Shown piece by piece: positions 1 through 9,687 of a DNA stretch of 64,000 nt (its first letter is position 1; every line of letters starts with the position of its first letter). The position numbers were made by a program, and so were the translations under genes. This stretch comes from Nitrosopumilus sp. (GTDB lineage Archaea > Thermoproteota > Nitrososphaeria > Nitrososphaerales > Nitrosopumilaceae), in the NCBI GenBank assembly GCA_965205215.1, contig OZ242041.1, forward strand, positions 224,001-288,000, given 5' to 3'. The notes under the pieces are model-generated. The model did not search any database. It was not told where the DNA came from and saw only the letters and a list, made by a program, of their open reading frames with translations.

Positions 1-1399
1 TTTTCTTGATCGCCCTTGAGATCTTGTAGGTGTTTTGCAGTTTTAGATTCCCGTCTATCATGACGTGCAGGTCCGCATAGAGACTCTTGCCCATCTTGTG
101 TGTGCTTGGGCTGTGCGCTGCCTTTACCCCCTCGACCGTGTTTGCAATATCGACGAGCCTGTTGTCGATGGGAACGTTCTCCCAGTCGGGCTCGACATGT
201 ATTGTTATCTGGGCGTCCTTGATGTGGTCGTTCCCGTGATCATGGTCGTGCACGAAAAAGCTCAGGATGCCGTGCTTGTGTTCGTGTTCGTGGTCGTGGC
301 CATGGTCGTGGCCATGTCCGTGTTCGTGGTCGTGGCCATGGTCGTGGCCATGGTCGTGGCCATGTCCGTGCTCGTGGCCGTGCTCGTGGCCGTGCTCGTG
401 GCCGTGCTCGTGGCCGTGCTCGTGGCCGTGCTCGTGGCCGTGCTCGTGGCCGTGCTCGTGGCCGTGCTCGTGGCCGTGCTCGTGGCCGTGCTCGTGGCCG
501 TGCTCGTGGCCGTGCTCGTGGCCGTGCTCGTGGCCGTGCTCGTGGCCGTGCTCGTGGCCGTCGTCCTCAGGCTTGTCAACAACGTGGTCCTTTATTGCAG
601 CCTCAACGCTGCGATTGATTCGGGAGACCGAGTCAAAGTTGGCGTCGCCGCGCACAGAGATAAGCACGTCGGCAAACAGCGTGTCGCCTGAGCGGCGCAA
701 GAACACATAGCCCACCCGGAGCACGCCCGGAACTGCCAACACAATCTCCGTGATGTCCGACACGAGCTTTGGAGGTATGGCATCCGTCAGGTCGAGCGCA
801 GTCTTGTGTATCAGTTTCACACTGATTATCACCAGCAGTACGCCCAATACGAGAGCCGCCACAAAGTCCATGTAGTAGAAACCAAGGGACGCCAGGATGA
901 TTCCTATTATGGCCACCATGGTGGAACCCGCATCCATAAAGGCGTGGTACAGGTCGGCCCTCAGGGTGTGCCCCCCGAGTCCCCGCAGTGCCTTTCTCAG
1001 TATAGCAATGCGTAAAAAGTCGATGCCGATCGTGTACAGCCCCCCTACAAGTCCTATCAGGCTCGGCAGGACATCCGGTGCGGGGCCTGTCAGATGTATG
1101 GCCGACTCGTATATGAAAAAGCAGGCAAGCAGCAGTATCGATATGCCGCCCACAAAGCCGCCCAGCGGTTCCATCTTGCCGTACCCGTATGTGTGCCCTA
1201 CGGTGGCTGGCCTCATTGCGATCCGGGCGGCGATCAGCAGGATTACGGTGGTGGCGGAGTCCATGAGCGCGTGGATACTGTCTGTAATCAGGGCCAGGCT
1301 GTTTGAGATTAACCCGAATACAAGCTCGACTACGAACGCCGAGAATATTGATATGAGTGATATCTGGAGGACTTTGGTGCGCTGCTCAAAGATTCCCAT
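1..1399 (-). CDS. Cation diffusion facilitator (CDF) family metal transporter with His-rich insert; runs off the left edge and is absent from the ORF track
   Basis: Manual translation from ATG 1399: MGIFEQRTKVLQISLISIFSAF...SNSLALITDSIHALMDS...HTYGYGKMEPLGG...LRADLYHAFMD (CDF TM2/TM5 HxxxD motifs), then dimerisation-domain-like segments including TIHVEP; the translated stretches share one open frame to base 2. Confidence 0.92.
   Translation of the reverse strand, partial: MGIFEQRTKVLQISLISIFSAFVVELVFGLISNSLALITDSIHALMDSATTVILLIAARIAMRPATVGHTYGYGKMEPLGGFVGGISILLLACFFIYESAIHLTGPAPDVLPSLIGLVGGLYTIGIDFLRIAILRKALRGLGGHTLRADLYHAFMDAGSTMVAIIGIILASLGFYYMDFVAALVLGVLLVIISVKLIHKTALDLTDAIPPKLVSDITEIVLAVPGVLRVGYVFLRRSGDTLFADVLISVRGDANFDSVSRINRSVEAAIKDHVVDKPEDDGHEHGHEHGHEHGHEHGHEHGHEHGHEHGHEHGHEHGHEHGHEHGHEHGHEHGHEHGHEHGHEHGHGHDHGHDHGHDHEHGHGHDHGHDHEHEHKHGILSFFVHDHDHGNDHIKDAQITIHVEPDWENVPIDNRLVDIANTVEGVKAAHSPSTHKMGKSLYADLHVMIDGNLKLQNTYKISRAIKK
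368..559. repeat. 16 exact copies of 12-bp GTGCTCGTGGCC, encoding (GHEH)n in the CDF
   Basis: Directly visible; degenerate His-rich units continue to about base 230. Confidence 0.97.
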
Positions 1400-1419
1400 A
1401 TACAGGGGGCCAAGAGGTT

Positions 1420-1435
1420 TGAATATAAATATTCA
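1420..1435. promoter_or_regulatory. Palindrome TGAATAT-AA-ATATTCA over the CDF promoter (candidate operator)
   Basis: Perfect 7-bp inverted arms 21-36 bp upstream of the CDF ATG, inside an AT island. Confidence 0.5.
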
Positions 1436-1454
1436 TAAATATTAATATCACACT

Positions 1455-1710
1455 AGAGGGTCTCCTGCCTGCGGAACCCGAGGACGCAGAACGGCAGGCA
1501 CATTGTCCAATGGGCCAGAGGCCACACTATTAACACGAATGCGCAGGCCGGCTGCGGCTGTACCCAGAACGGCCGGACCCCGGGCTTTTGCGCATGCGGC
1601 ATCAAACCCGGGCATGTACAATGGCGCGGATCAGCCTCCTGAGAACTCACCCATGGCGGCCTGATCCCCGGATCCCACGGGCGGGGGCCGGATCCGTACT
1701 CAACACGCAT
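1455..1710. ncRNA. Candidate structured non-coding RNA (unclassified)
   Basis: Several GC hairpins (CCTGCC/GGCAGG, CCGG/CCGG, CCCGGG/CCCGGG, GGATCAG/CTGATCC, GGATCC/GGATCC); no convincing ORF. Confidence 0.3.
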
Positions 1711-1736
1711 GCAAAACGGCGTGGGAGACGGGCATG

Positions 1737-2063
1737 TCAGATCCGGTTTATCTTGAAATCACGTCGGGGCTGCTGTATTGACGAGAGCATCTGCCGGAGC
1801 TGCTCGTCGGTGAGTCTGGATTGTATGCGTCCCTGGGTGGCCAGGGCGATGAGCTGCTGCTCCACCATGCCTGCAAGCTCCGGCTTTACCATTCTGATGT
1901 TGTTGAGCCTCATCCTGGCCTCGGGCATCAGTATCTGCCTGAGCAGCTGCTCCTTCTGCGCTGCAACTTCGGCCCCGGCATCGGGTGCGCCGGCGCCCCG
2001 ACTGTCATCGGCGCTGCCGCTTGGATTCCCACCTCCAAATTCGTCAGGTTCCCTAAAGCCCAT
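1737..2063 (-). CDS. PDCD5-like DNA-binding protein
   Basis: [35 protein letters not shown] motif; follows rps19e as usual in archaea. Confidence 0.93.
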   Translation of the reverse strand: MGFREPDEFGGGNPSGSADDSRGAGAPDAGAEVAAQKEQLLRQILMPEARMRLNNIRMVKPELAGMVEQQLIALATQGRIQSRLTDEQLRQMLSSIQQPRRDFKINRI

Positions 2064-2083
2064 TTCAGATCCGCTGGCATGAT

Positions 2084-2536
2084 CTAGGCATATATCTTTA
2101 GATGAGGCGCCTGTTTCGACATTTCGTGCAGTATCTCCGTTGCAAGCACGTCAAGCTTCTTCATGCCGGTCTTTGACACAACCCTGCCGTGCCGTCCCGA
2201 CTTTTGGACGTATCCAAGCTTTTCAAGCTCGTGTACCGCGTTTCGTATAATCGCACCTCCTGCATAGCGATGATGTGCCGCGCCGTATCCTGACGGCTTG
2301 CCTCCCCCGTACTCGCTACGCAGTCCGTTAATCCCTATGGGGCCATGGAGGTATACCTTGCGCAGTATGGACGCGCACCTGACGTGCCACCAGTCCCGGT
2401 TCTGCGGGGGTTTGTCGGCATGCGCGCCTGTCTTTACGAACGGAACCCATGCGGGCGCCTCGACGCCCTCCTTTCGGAGTATCTCAGTGAGCCTCTCGAC
2501 CAGCACGTCGGCGGGCACGTCGTACACCTTGGCCAT
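2084..2536 (-). CDS. rps19e: 30S ribosomal protein S19e
   Basis: [34 protein letters not shown] motifs. Confidence 0.97.
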   Translation of the reverse strand: MAKVYDVPADVLVERLTEILRKEGVEAPAWVPFVKTGAHADKPPQNRDWWHVRCASILRKVYLHGPIGINGLRSEYGGGKPSGYGAAHHRYAGGAIIRNAVHELEKLGYVQKSGRHGRVVSKTGMKKLDVLATEILHEMSKQAPHLKIYA

Positions 2537-2642
2537 GTTGAAGAAAGCTTGGGGGTCGTTTTATAAACCCTTGAAGCCAGCATGCCCGGCCGGACCGCGG
2601 GCGGGACGTGGCGGGGGGCAGTTCCGCGCGACTGCGGCCGGG

Positions 2643-2972
2643 TCAGGATGACGACGGCGGGGACGGCAGCATCTTGCGGTATACAAACCCGCAAAAGCCG
2701 CACGTCGTCCTTATGGAGCGAATGTTAGAGCCCCCTATCCTTACGCGCGACGAGACGCCGGGCACGATAAGCGACTTGCACCTGCGGCAGAACATCATGC
2801 GGAGATGATACGGCATGCGGACGCGGTGCCTCGAACACAGCCTGCGCGCGACGGACGCCTGCCTGTATGCAAGGGCGGGGTTAGTGCCGGCTATTGACGA
2901 GGCGCTTGCCATCAGTATCTCCATGCGCTCCAATACGACTACCCTGCGGCGCGCCGTGTTTTTCCGGCCCAT
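2643..2972 (-). CDS. rnp4: RNase P protein component 4 (Rpp21)
   Basis: ERMEIL...LA.R...FCRRCKSLIVPG...RVR...TCGFCG zinc ribbon. Confidence 0.92.
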   Translation of the reverse strand: MGRKNTARRRVVVLERMEILMASASSIAGTNPALAYRQASVARRLCSRHRVRMPYHLRMMFCRRCKSLIVPGVSSRVRIGGSNIRSIRTTCGFCGFVYRKMLPSPPSSS

Positions 2973-3203
2973 AACGGTGCAAAGTGCGGCCGCAAAAAAT
3001 TCTTTGCGCCTGCAGTGGCCGAACCCCCCGGCGCATGGTGCCGCACTGCAGCCGGCCCGCTACAGGCACGGGGCGTCTGTAATTCAGGGCCGTCATGGGA
3101 GATGCCCAAGCAGTCCATAAGACAGGCAGGCAGGACGCAAGTTACTCCCAAGCTGCGTGCCATCGGCATGCCGGCGTGGAAATGAGGCATTGGGATCTGC
3201 AGG

Positions 3204-3280
3204 TGGTGCAGTCAGCGGGATTCGAACCCGCGTTACGGGGTTGGAAACCCCGAATACTAACCAGGCTATACAATGACTGC
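3204..3280 (-). tRNA. tRNA-Gly(TCC), CCA end encoded, no intron
   Basis: GCAGTCA/TGACTGC acceptor stem, CGGGG-TTTCCAA-CCCCG anticodon arm, GGTTCGAATCC T-arm. Confidence 0.97.
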
Positions 3281-3302
3281 GACATGCAGGCAGGCAGTCG
3301 TC

Positions 3303-4127
3303 TTACATAAATGGCTTTTTTTCATACTCGTACAGGATGCGCGCGATCACCACATGGGCCTCTAGCGGCGACGTGTCGACTGCATACACCTCGTCAAGGT
3401 GCCCGCTTATCCCGTCTGAGAAGTGCCCCTTTTGGAAGCCGCCTATCACGATGGCGGCGTCATCCGGGACGCGCTGCGTCACGTACTCGTAGGGGTGGGG
3501 CGAGTCGGGAAGCGTCCCAAGGGAGGAGAGTCCCACCACTTTTGAGAACTTTTTGGCGCGCACCAGATCGGCAAAGGTGCGATTGCGCTCAAGACGCATC
3601 AGCACGGTCTCCTCCCGTGCAGGTGCTCCATCTTTGCCGCTGTGATGTACAGTGTTGTTGTCATTGCCATTGCCATTGCCATTGCCATCGCCATCGGTAC
3701 GACAACTCGCGTCTTTGGAACCGCCGCTGGCATGACTATCGCGCGTCGTCGCCTCTATCACGCCGGTCTCATACAGAGTCTCGACCAGTCCGGCAAACCT
3801 GTGGTATGATTTTGGAATGCGCACGCCAGGACCCAGGCTGATCATGCAGCCGTCCGCGGTATGCACGTACACCTCGAGGGCGCGGCGCAGTCGGTACAGG
3901 GGGGCCGACGTAGCTGTAACCAGCGCCAGGTGCACCAAGTCGGGCCTGCCGCGTCTTGCAGCATCCGGCATGTCTTTCATGGCGGCATAGTGCCAAGAGT
4001 TGTCAAGCAGCATGTGCTGACGTTTTCCGCCGCGCGTCCGGCGCGCATGCGCCCTGACTGCCGGGTGCCCGTACAGTTCAGGGGGCACCATCTCCAGGGC
4101 CGACTCTGCAATAACCAGCGATATCAT
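3303..4127 (-). CDS. nep1: Nep1/Emg1 rRNA small-subunit pseudouridine methyltransferase, with a ~40-aa low-complexity insert
   Basis: IAESALE, LLDNSWH, RGRPDLVH, RIPKSYHRFAGL, IGGFQKGHF motifs. Confidence 0.93.
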   Translation of the reverse strand: MISLVIAESALEMVPPELYGHPAVRAHARRTRGGKRQHMLLDNSWHYAAMKDMPDAARRGRPDLVHLALVTATSAPLYRLRRALEVYVHTADGCMISLGPGVRIPKSYHRFAGLVETLYETGVIEATTRDSHASGGSKDASCRTDGDGNGNGNGNDNNTVHHSGKDGAPAREETVLMRLERNRTFADLVRAKKFSKVVGLSSLGTLPDSPHPYEYVTQRVPDDAAIVIGGFQKGHFSDGISGHLDEVYAVDTSPLEAHVVIARILYEYEKKPFM

Positions 4128-4254
4128 GCGGCCGTCCCCCGTGCAACTGCGCAGACGGCGCCATTGCCACTCGGCCTGCCGGCGGCAATCGCGACAGCCT
4201 CTAGTGAAAACGTTCCTGTCGCGCGTGGCGGCCGCGGCGGCCAGACGTACGTGT

Positions 4255-6978
4255 TCAACCCGACGTGCAGCCGCTGTACCCGCACTCTATGCAGATGCAG
4301 CACCCCTCTACAAACACGAGCCCGTTCTTGCAGGTGGGACAGAGCTGCTCCTCGGGTATGTCCCCGTGTCCGGGCGCCTGCTGGGCGGAGTCTTGGTCGG
4401 ATCCAGACGCAACGATCTCCTGATCGTGCGGCTTTATCGCGAGCGCCGCGTCGATCTGTCCCGATATGTACCGGTTGGTTATATTGGAGCGCACAAAGTC
4501 CATCACCCACCGGCTCGGCCTCACCTCAAAGTTCTTTTCCGCATTCTCGCTTGTCATGTGCAGCACCTGCTTTTGCCTCGAGCCGTCCCTGTACACGGTG
4601 ATTCCCTTGAGCCCCATCTCGTGCGCAAGCAGGTAGGCGGCCTTTACGTCATCGGCGGTGACGTCGTACGGCATGTTTATCGTCTTTGCGATCGCGTTGC
4701 CGATCCAGTTCTGCCACACGGACTGAGCCATCAGGTGGTCGGCCCAGTGTATGTCCATCGCAGTGACAAACACGTCCTGCATCCACTGCGGAATCTCCGG
4801 AATTCCGCGCAGAGACCCGTAATTGTCGGCAATCTTCTCTATAATCTCGTCAGAGTACAGTCCCTCCTCCATGAGGGCCCGCTTTACAATCTCGTTGGTG
4901 TAAAAGAACTTGCCCACCGTCACCCGCTTCTCAAAGACCAGCGCGAACGCGGGCTCCATGCCGTTTGAGCAGTTTGCAATCATCGACAGCGTGCCGGTGG
5001 GGGCCACCGTGGTGGTCAGCACGTTGCGTATGCCGTACTGCCTGATGTTCGATACGAGCGCGTCCCACTCGCAGGAGTGACGGCCCGTGGGCATCTCATA
5101 ATATGCGGCGACGGGTATCCGGCCCTCCGGATACTCGGACTTTGAGCAGAGCGGGAACTCGCCCCTTGACCTTGCAAGCGCCACGCTCTCGTCCATCGAA
5201 TAGTACGTGAGGGCCTCCGACAGCCTGGACTGCATCTCGTATCCCTCCTGCGAGTTGTACGGTATGCGCAGCTTGTAAAGCAGGTCGGCCACGCCCATCA
5301 CGCCGAGCCCGATGCGCCTAGACTCCTTGGAGGCCTCGTCGATCTCCGGCACCGGGTACAGGTTCACGTCAATCACGTTGTCAAGGAAGCGGGTGGTCTT
5401 CCGGATCACCTCCTCGTACCGCTGCCAGTCAAACTCGTACGAGCCGTCGGCCTGCTTTTTGACCAAGTTGGCCAGGTTTATCGATCCCAGGTTGCACGAC
5501 TCGTACGGGTACAGGCTCTGCTCGCCGCACGGGTTCGTCGCCCGCAGGGGCCCCTGCCGCGCCTTTGCAAACACGTTGTACTTGTTTATCTGGTCAAAGA
5601 ATATCAGCCCCGGCTCGGCGCTCCTCCACGCCGACATGGCTATCATATCTATGAGGTTGTGCGCCCTCACCTCCTTTACGGGCTTTTTGGTCTTGGGGCT
5701 GCGCAGCATGTAGGCGCCGCCGGTCCCGCCCTCCTCCGAGTCGTTCACCAGCGCCTCCCAAAAGTCCTCCCATATCCCGACTGACACGTTGAAGTTTTCT
5801 AGCACGCCAGGCTCTGTCTTGTTTGTGATGAACTTCTCAACGTCCGGATGCCACACCTCCATTATGCCCATGTTGGCCCCGCGGCGCTTGCCGCCCTGCT
5901 TTACCACCTCCGTTACGGTGTTTATTATGTTCATAAAGGACACGGGGCCGGACGCCACGCCGGACGTAGACGCCACTATGTCGCCCTCCTGGCGCAGGTC
6001 CGAGTAGTTTATGCCCACGCCCCCGCCGGACTTGAATATCATGGCGGCGTCCGACGTCGACTTCATTATGTGCTCCATGTCGTCGTCCATCCCAAGTACA
6101 AAGCACGCCGACAGCTGCCCGAGCCGGCCGCCTGCGTTCATCATGGTGGGCGAGTTTGGCAGAAAGTCCTGCGACACCATCAGGTTGTAGTACTCTTGGA
6201 TCTTGTCCGCGTACGCGTCAAGCCTCTTGCCGGCCAGCATAGTCAGCAGCTCCTTGAAGCTGGCCTTCATCTGGTTCTTCCTTGCCAGGTGCACGTAGTG
6301 GTTTATGAGAGCCCGAAAGTGCCACCTGTTGAGATGGAACTGCCCGATCCTGAACTTGCAGTCAAAGGCGTCCAGCTTGTCCAGGTACGACTCGGCCTCT
6401 GCCACATCCTGGTGCGAGCTGCCCGCCCTGTCAAACAGCTCCGAGTCATATAGCATGTCCCCGAGCCCGACCAGGATGGCCACCCGCTCGAACATCTGCG
6501 TGGGCGTCTCGACAATCTCGTTTTTGTTGTTGCGAAACAGATAGCGCGACGCCAGCACCCTCAGGCAGCTTATGTCGAAATCCTTTGAGACGGGATCAAG
6601 GGTCTTTAGGTTCAGCACCTTCATCTTCTCGTTGCGCACCTTGCGCCTCTCGTGCCGATACACGATGTACGCCTTTGCGATCTCGCTGTATCCCTTGTCG
6701 ATCAGGGTCGACTCGACCATGTCCTGTATGTCCTCCACGGAGGGCGGCATGGCGTTGGTAAAGCCCTGCTCTGCCAGCTTTGTGACGACGTGCCCGGACA
6801 GGGCGGCGGCAAGATCGCGGTCCGGCTTCGAGGTCGCGGCGAGCGCCATGTATATGGCGTTCGCGATCTTGTTCTGGTCAAAGTCCGTGATCTCCCCGTT
6901 GCGCTTGCGTATGACACTGATACCGGTACCCACCTGTGAATTATCCAAATTGCTACTCCCCGAAAGGGTTGAAAACAT
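4255..6978 (-). CDS. nrdJ: Adenosylcobalamin-dependent (class II) ribonucleotide reductase with N-terminal ATP cone
   Basis: IRKRNG ATP cone; PNSPTMMNAG, QLSACFV, KQGGKRRGANM, TNPCGEQ, ESCNLGS, APTGT, KGITVYRDGSR; C-terminal Cys-rich tail. Confidence 0.96.
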   Translation of the reverse strand: MFSTLSGSSNLDNSQVGTGISVIRKRNGEITDFDQNKIANAIYMALAATSKPDRDLAAALSGHVVTKLAEQGFTNAMPPSVEDIQDMVESTLIDKGYSEIAKAYIVYRHERRKVRNEKMKVLNLKTLDPVSKDFDISCLRVLASRYLFRNNKNEIVETPTQMFERVAILVGLGDMLYDSELFDRAGSSHQDVAEAESYLDKLDAFDCKFRIGQFHLNRWHFRALINHYVHLARKNQMKASFKELLTMLAGKRLDAYADKIQEYYNLMVSQDFLPNSPTMMNAGGRLGQLSACFVLGMDDDMEHIMKSTSDAAMIFKSGGGVGINYSDLRQEGDIVASTSGVASGPVSFMNIINTVTEVVKQGGKRRGANMGIMEVWHPDVEKFITNKTEPGVLENFNVSVGIWEDFWEALVNDSEEGGTGGAYMLRSPKTKKPVKEVRAHNLIDMIAMSAWRSAEPGLIFFDQINKYNVFAKARQGPLRATNPCGEQSLYPYESCNLGSINLANLVKKQADGSYEFDWQRYEEVIRKTTRFLDNVIDVNLYPVPEIDEASKESRRIGLGVMGVADLLYKLRIPYNSQEGYEMQSRLSEALTYYSMDESVALARSRGEFPLCSKSEYPEGRIPVAAYYEMPTGRHSCEWDALVSNIRQYGIRNVLTTTVAPTGTLSMIANCSNGMEPAFALVFEKRVTVGKFFYTNEIVKRALMEEGLYSDEIIEKIADNYGSLRGIPEIPQWMQDVFVTAMDIHWADHLMAQSVWQNWIGNAIAKTINMPYDVTADDVKAAYLLAHEMGLKGITVYRDGSRQKQVLHMTSENAEKNFEVRPSRWVMDFVRSNITNRYISGQIDAALAIKPHDQEIVASGSDQDSAQQAPGHGDIPEEQLCPTCKNGLVFVEGCCICIECGYSGCTSG

Positions 6979-7272
6979 ATGCTATATTAATTGTCTAGGC
7001 AAAAATCCCCACAATGTTTGGCCAAAAATATCGCGCCAACCGCGGATCGCGCCATGCCGGACTGCGAATATCATAATATGGACATGTGAATGCAGGGCCA
7101 GGGGGCGGTTTGTATATAACAAACCCGGGCAGGATCGGGCGGGCCGGACCGCGTGTTGCGATAATCGCAACACGGCACGCAAGCGGCACTGTATATTGGC
7201 TGGCCGCCTGTCTTTCAGGCAGAATGAACCATGGCGTGCACGGGAGAACGGGCGGCGTCATACCAAGCGGCG

Positions 7273-9402
7273 TCATACCGGGACGCGGCGCGGCGTCTGG
7301 CACTTGGGGCATTTTGAGTCAAACGGCCTGTCCTTGAAGCCGCACTCGGCGCACACGATAACCTCCTTTGAGGGGGAGAACGTCGGAACTAGGGCGGCCA
7401 TCTTCTCGATCGCCTTCCGTACCACGTCGGGATCCGTCTCCGTCTCCGGTATGCGCAGCACGACCTGGAGCCCCGCGTTGAGGGAGCGGCTCATCCTGTT
7501 GGACAGCGTAATGGGGGGGCTCTTGTTCGTGTACTTTTCAATGTCAGATACCTCAAACACCAGCCCTTGCGTGTAGGGTTTCGTCTGGCCCGGGCCCGTG
7601 ACATGCTTGCCGTACTTTTTGCCGTCGAGCCTGGCAAAGCGCTCGCCGGCCTCCGGCGCGTCCGCGATGCATATGGTCACCCGCTCGCCGGCCTCCCTTG
7701 CCCCGTTTGTCCCGGCATCCACCGCATGCGTGATTATCTTCTGGACTGTCTCCCTGCCCTTGCGGTTGTACTCGAACCCCAGGCCCTCAAAGACCGCCTC
7801 GCGGAGGCCCACCAGGTTTATGGTAAGCGACGCATAGCCGTACTGCATGTACTGCGTGTTTCTTGCAATGAGCGGGTTGAGGCCGCGGCGCGTGTTCTCA
7901 AACAGCTCCTTTTTGCGCGTTATTATGGCGTCCACCACGGGCTTTAGCAGTAGCACCAGCCTGGCCATAAAGTACTCGGCGTCGCCCCTGCCCACCTCGT
8001 ATGCCAGTCCCGCCAGATTGACGGACACCGACTGGAGCGCCATCGACATCTTGGAGTCGGTCTTGTTGAGGCTGCCGCCTGAGACGCCCCTGCTTGAGAC
8101 CTGCTGCGACTTTGTGAGCAGTACGCGTCCTCCGGCGATTACGATGTCGGCCAGGCGGCCGGAGACGGACTCTATACTGCCCTTGTCATAGCCTATGACG
8201 AGTCCTATGCGGGGCCTGGGAGTCAGCCTCACGTATCTAGAATAGGCGTTTATGATGCAGTCTACCAGCCGGGCATCGTCGTGCCCCATGTTGAGCCGTA
8301 TGGACGTTATGTTGCCGCCCTCCTTGGTGTGGGCGGGCACGACGGAGGAGGCGGCAAGCATCCACAGCAGTCCCGCCTCCATCTCGGCATCGCCTGCATC
8401 GGGGCACCTCTTTGCAAGCAGCCGGGGCAGGCCCGACACGACGACCTCCTCGGATGCCTCCCGTGATAGCAGGTGCAGCATGATGCATACAGAGGCCATT
8501 GCATCTGACGGCCCGCCAGACCTCGGAATGCGGGATGCCGACGCGTGCTTGCCGCCGATGTTCATGCCGCCGTCAAGAAGATCCTTTATGTTGACAAATA
8601 TCACGTCGGGCAGGGCAAACCACGTGCCGACATTTGATATGTGGATGGTGCCTGCCATGTGCCTGTCGGCGACGTCCTTCTGCAGCGAGCCGAACATGGT
8701 ATTCTCAACGAAGACGTTGCGGCCGGCCCTGCTGATCAGGCTCTCCATGCCGCCGTCCACCTCGTCCAGATTGTATAGCATCTGCTGCACGTCGTGCAGC
8801 GGCATGCCGAGGCGGACCAGCTTGTTACGGTACTCTTCGTTGTTTGTCTCCAACAAGACGGAGTTCACCATGTCCCTGATCAGAGAGCCCGTGATGTACG
8901 ATATCTCGTACTTGTGGATCTTGTTCTCCACCTCTTTTGTTATCTTTTCCGCCAGCTCATGGGGCATGTTTCCCTCCTTGACCAGCGACTGGACAATGCG
9001 GTGCTTTTTGAACTCGTCAATGGACGCAGACGACGAGCGCACCTGCAGTTTTCCGCTCTCCATGAACGCATTCTCCTCTATCTTTCCGGCAAGCTCCAGT
9101 ACGAGCTTGCCCTGGTTTGTAATGTTGTAACGGCGCTCGGACTTGTTGCGCTCTACGAGTGCCAGGGCCGTCAAGTCGCGCAAATGGTATGCAAACTTGC
9201 CGCTCTCCTTTTTGGATCCAAACCCCGCGAGGGCCTTTAGGTCGGTGTACGAGGTAGAGCCCTTCGAGTACAGCACCTTTAGTATTTCGAGCCGGCTTAT
9301 GTTGGACATAGACCGGAATATCGAGCTCATGCGTTTTTCAGTGGCCTTGGTGTGGTTTTTTTTCACGGGCCGGGACGGCGTAACTGTTTTTTTTAACTCC
9401 AT
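7273..9402 (-). CDS. ArsR-type wHTH + ATP cone + degenerate class III RNR (NrdD-like) fusion; probable regulator or pseudoenzyme
   Basis: RLEILKVL..FAYHLRDL wHTH; VRSS..F...RIVQSLVKE..IRDMVNSVLL cone; ADRHMAGTIHI, SVSVNLAGLAYE, INLVGLREAV and CAECG..CPKC NrdD landmarks. Confidence 0.85.
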   Translation of the reverse strand: MELKKTVTPSRPVKKNHTKATEKRMSSIFRSMSNISRLEILKVLYSKGSTSYTDLKALAGFGSKKESGKFAYHLRDLTALALVERNKSERRYNITNQGKLVLELAGKIEENAFMESGKLQVRSSSASIDEFKKHRIVQSLVKEGNMPHELAEKITKEVENKIHKYEISYITGSLIRDMVNSVLLETNNEEYRNKLVRLGMPLHDVQQMLYNLDEVDGGMESLISRAGRNVFVENTMFGSLQKDVADRHMAGTIHISNVGTWFALPDVIFVNIKDLLDGGMNIGGKHASASRIPRSGGPSDAMASVCIMLHLLSREASEEVVVSGLPRLLAKRCPDAGDAEMEAGLLWMLAASSVVPAHTKEGGNITSIRLNMGHDDARLVDCIINAYSRYVRLTPRPRIGLVIGYDKGSIESVSGRLADIVIAGGRVLLTKSQQVSSRGVSGGSLNKTDSKMSMALQSVSVNLAGLAYEVGRGDAEYFMARLVLLLKPVVDAIITRKKELFENTRRGLNPLIARNTQYMQYGYASLTINLVGLREAVFEGLGFEYNRKGRETVQKIITHAVDAGTNGAREAGERVTICIADAPEAGERFARLDGKKYGKHVTGPGQTKPYTQGLVFEVSDIEKYTNKSPPITLSNRMSRSLNAGLQVVLRIPETETDPDVVRKAIEKMAALVPTFSPSKEVIVCAECGFKDRPFDSKCPKCQTPRRVPV

Positions 9403-9687
9403 CCAGAATATGCTCCAAACCGGAGTAAATAAGAATTATGACGTGCCGCATGCCAAACAGTGGATGATCACATGCCAGAGCTGCAGATCTTTTGCGCCGT
9501 TGTCGAAGAGCCCGCGGGCGGCAGGCCGGACTGACGGCCGTTTAAGAACTGACCGCTGCGGGCACGGATGGCAGGCTTCAGGCAGGAGTGCTGTTTTCCT
9601 CCAGACCGCACGTTGCGCCCAGGACAGTTCTTGCATGGGGCAGGCCGTCGTCCTGCATGTCGCGCCCGCCGCCGTTCCTGGCGCGTG

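Noticed and set aside
65-710. Track ORFs with VAVL, CSWP or TATS repeats
   Set aside because: These are alternative frames of the 12-bp repeat; the real gene is the minus-strand CDF
1455-1710. RNase P RNA or NiCo riboswitch
   Set aside because: No GAGGAAnnUC / AGAAnnnGGCU P4 pairing and no convincing NiCo junction; kept only as an unclassified candidate
3204-3280. Integrated element at tRNA-Gly
   Set aside because: No integrase and no duplicated tRNA 3' end seen; flanks are core genes
7252-7279. 13-bp direct repeat GCGGCGTCATACC at the pseudo-NrdD stop, as a target-site duplication or recent truncation
   Set aside because: The copies are adjacent with no element between them, and I saw no RxxGY remnant just downstream; most likely local slippage
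7273-9402. Functional anaerobic RNR (nrdD)
   Set aside because: The glycyl-radical loop is absent and no activase is nearby
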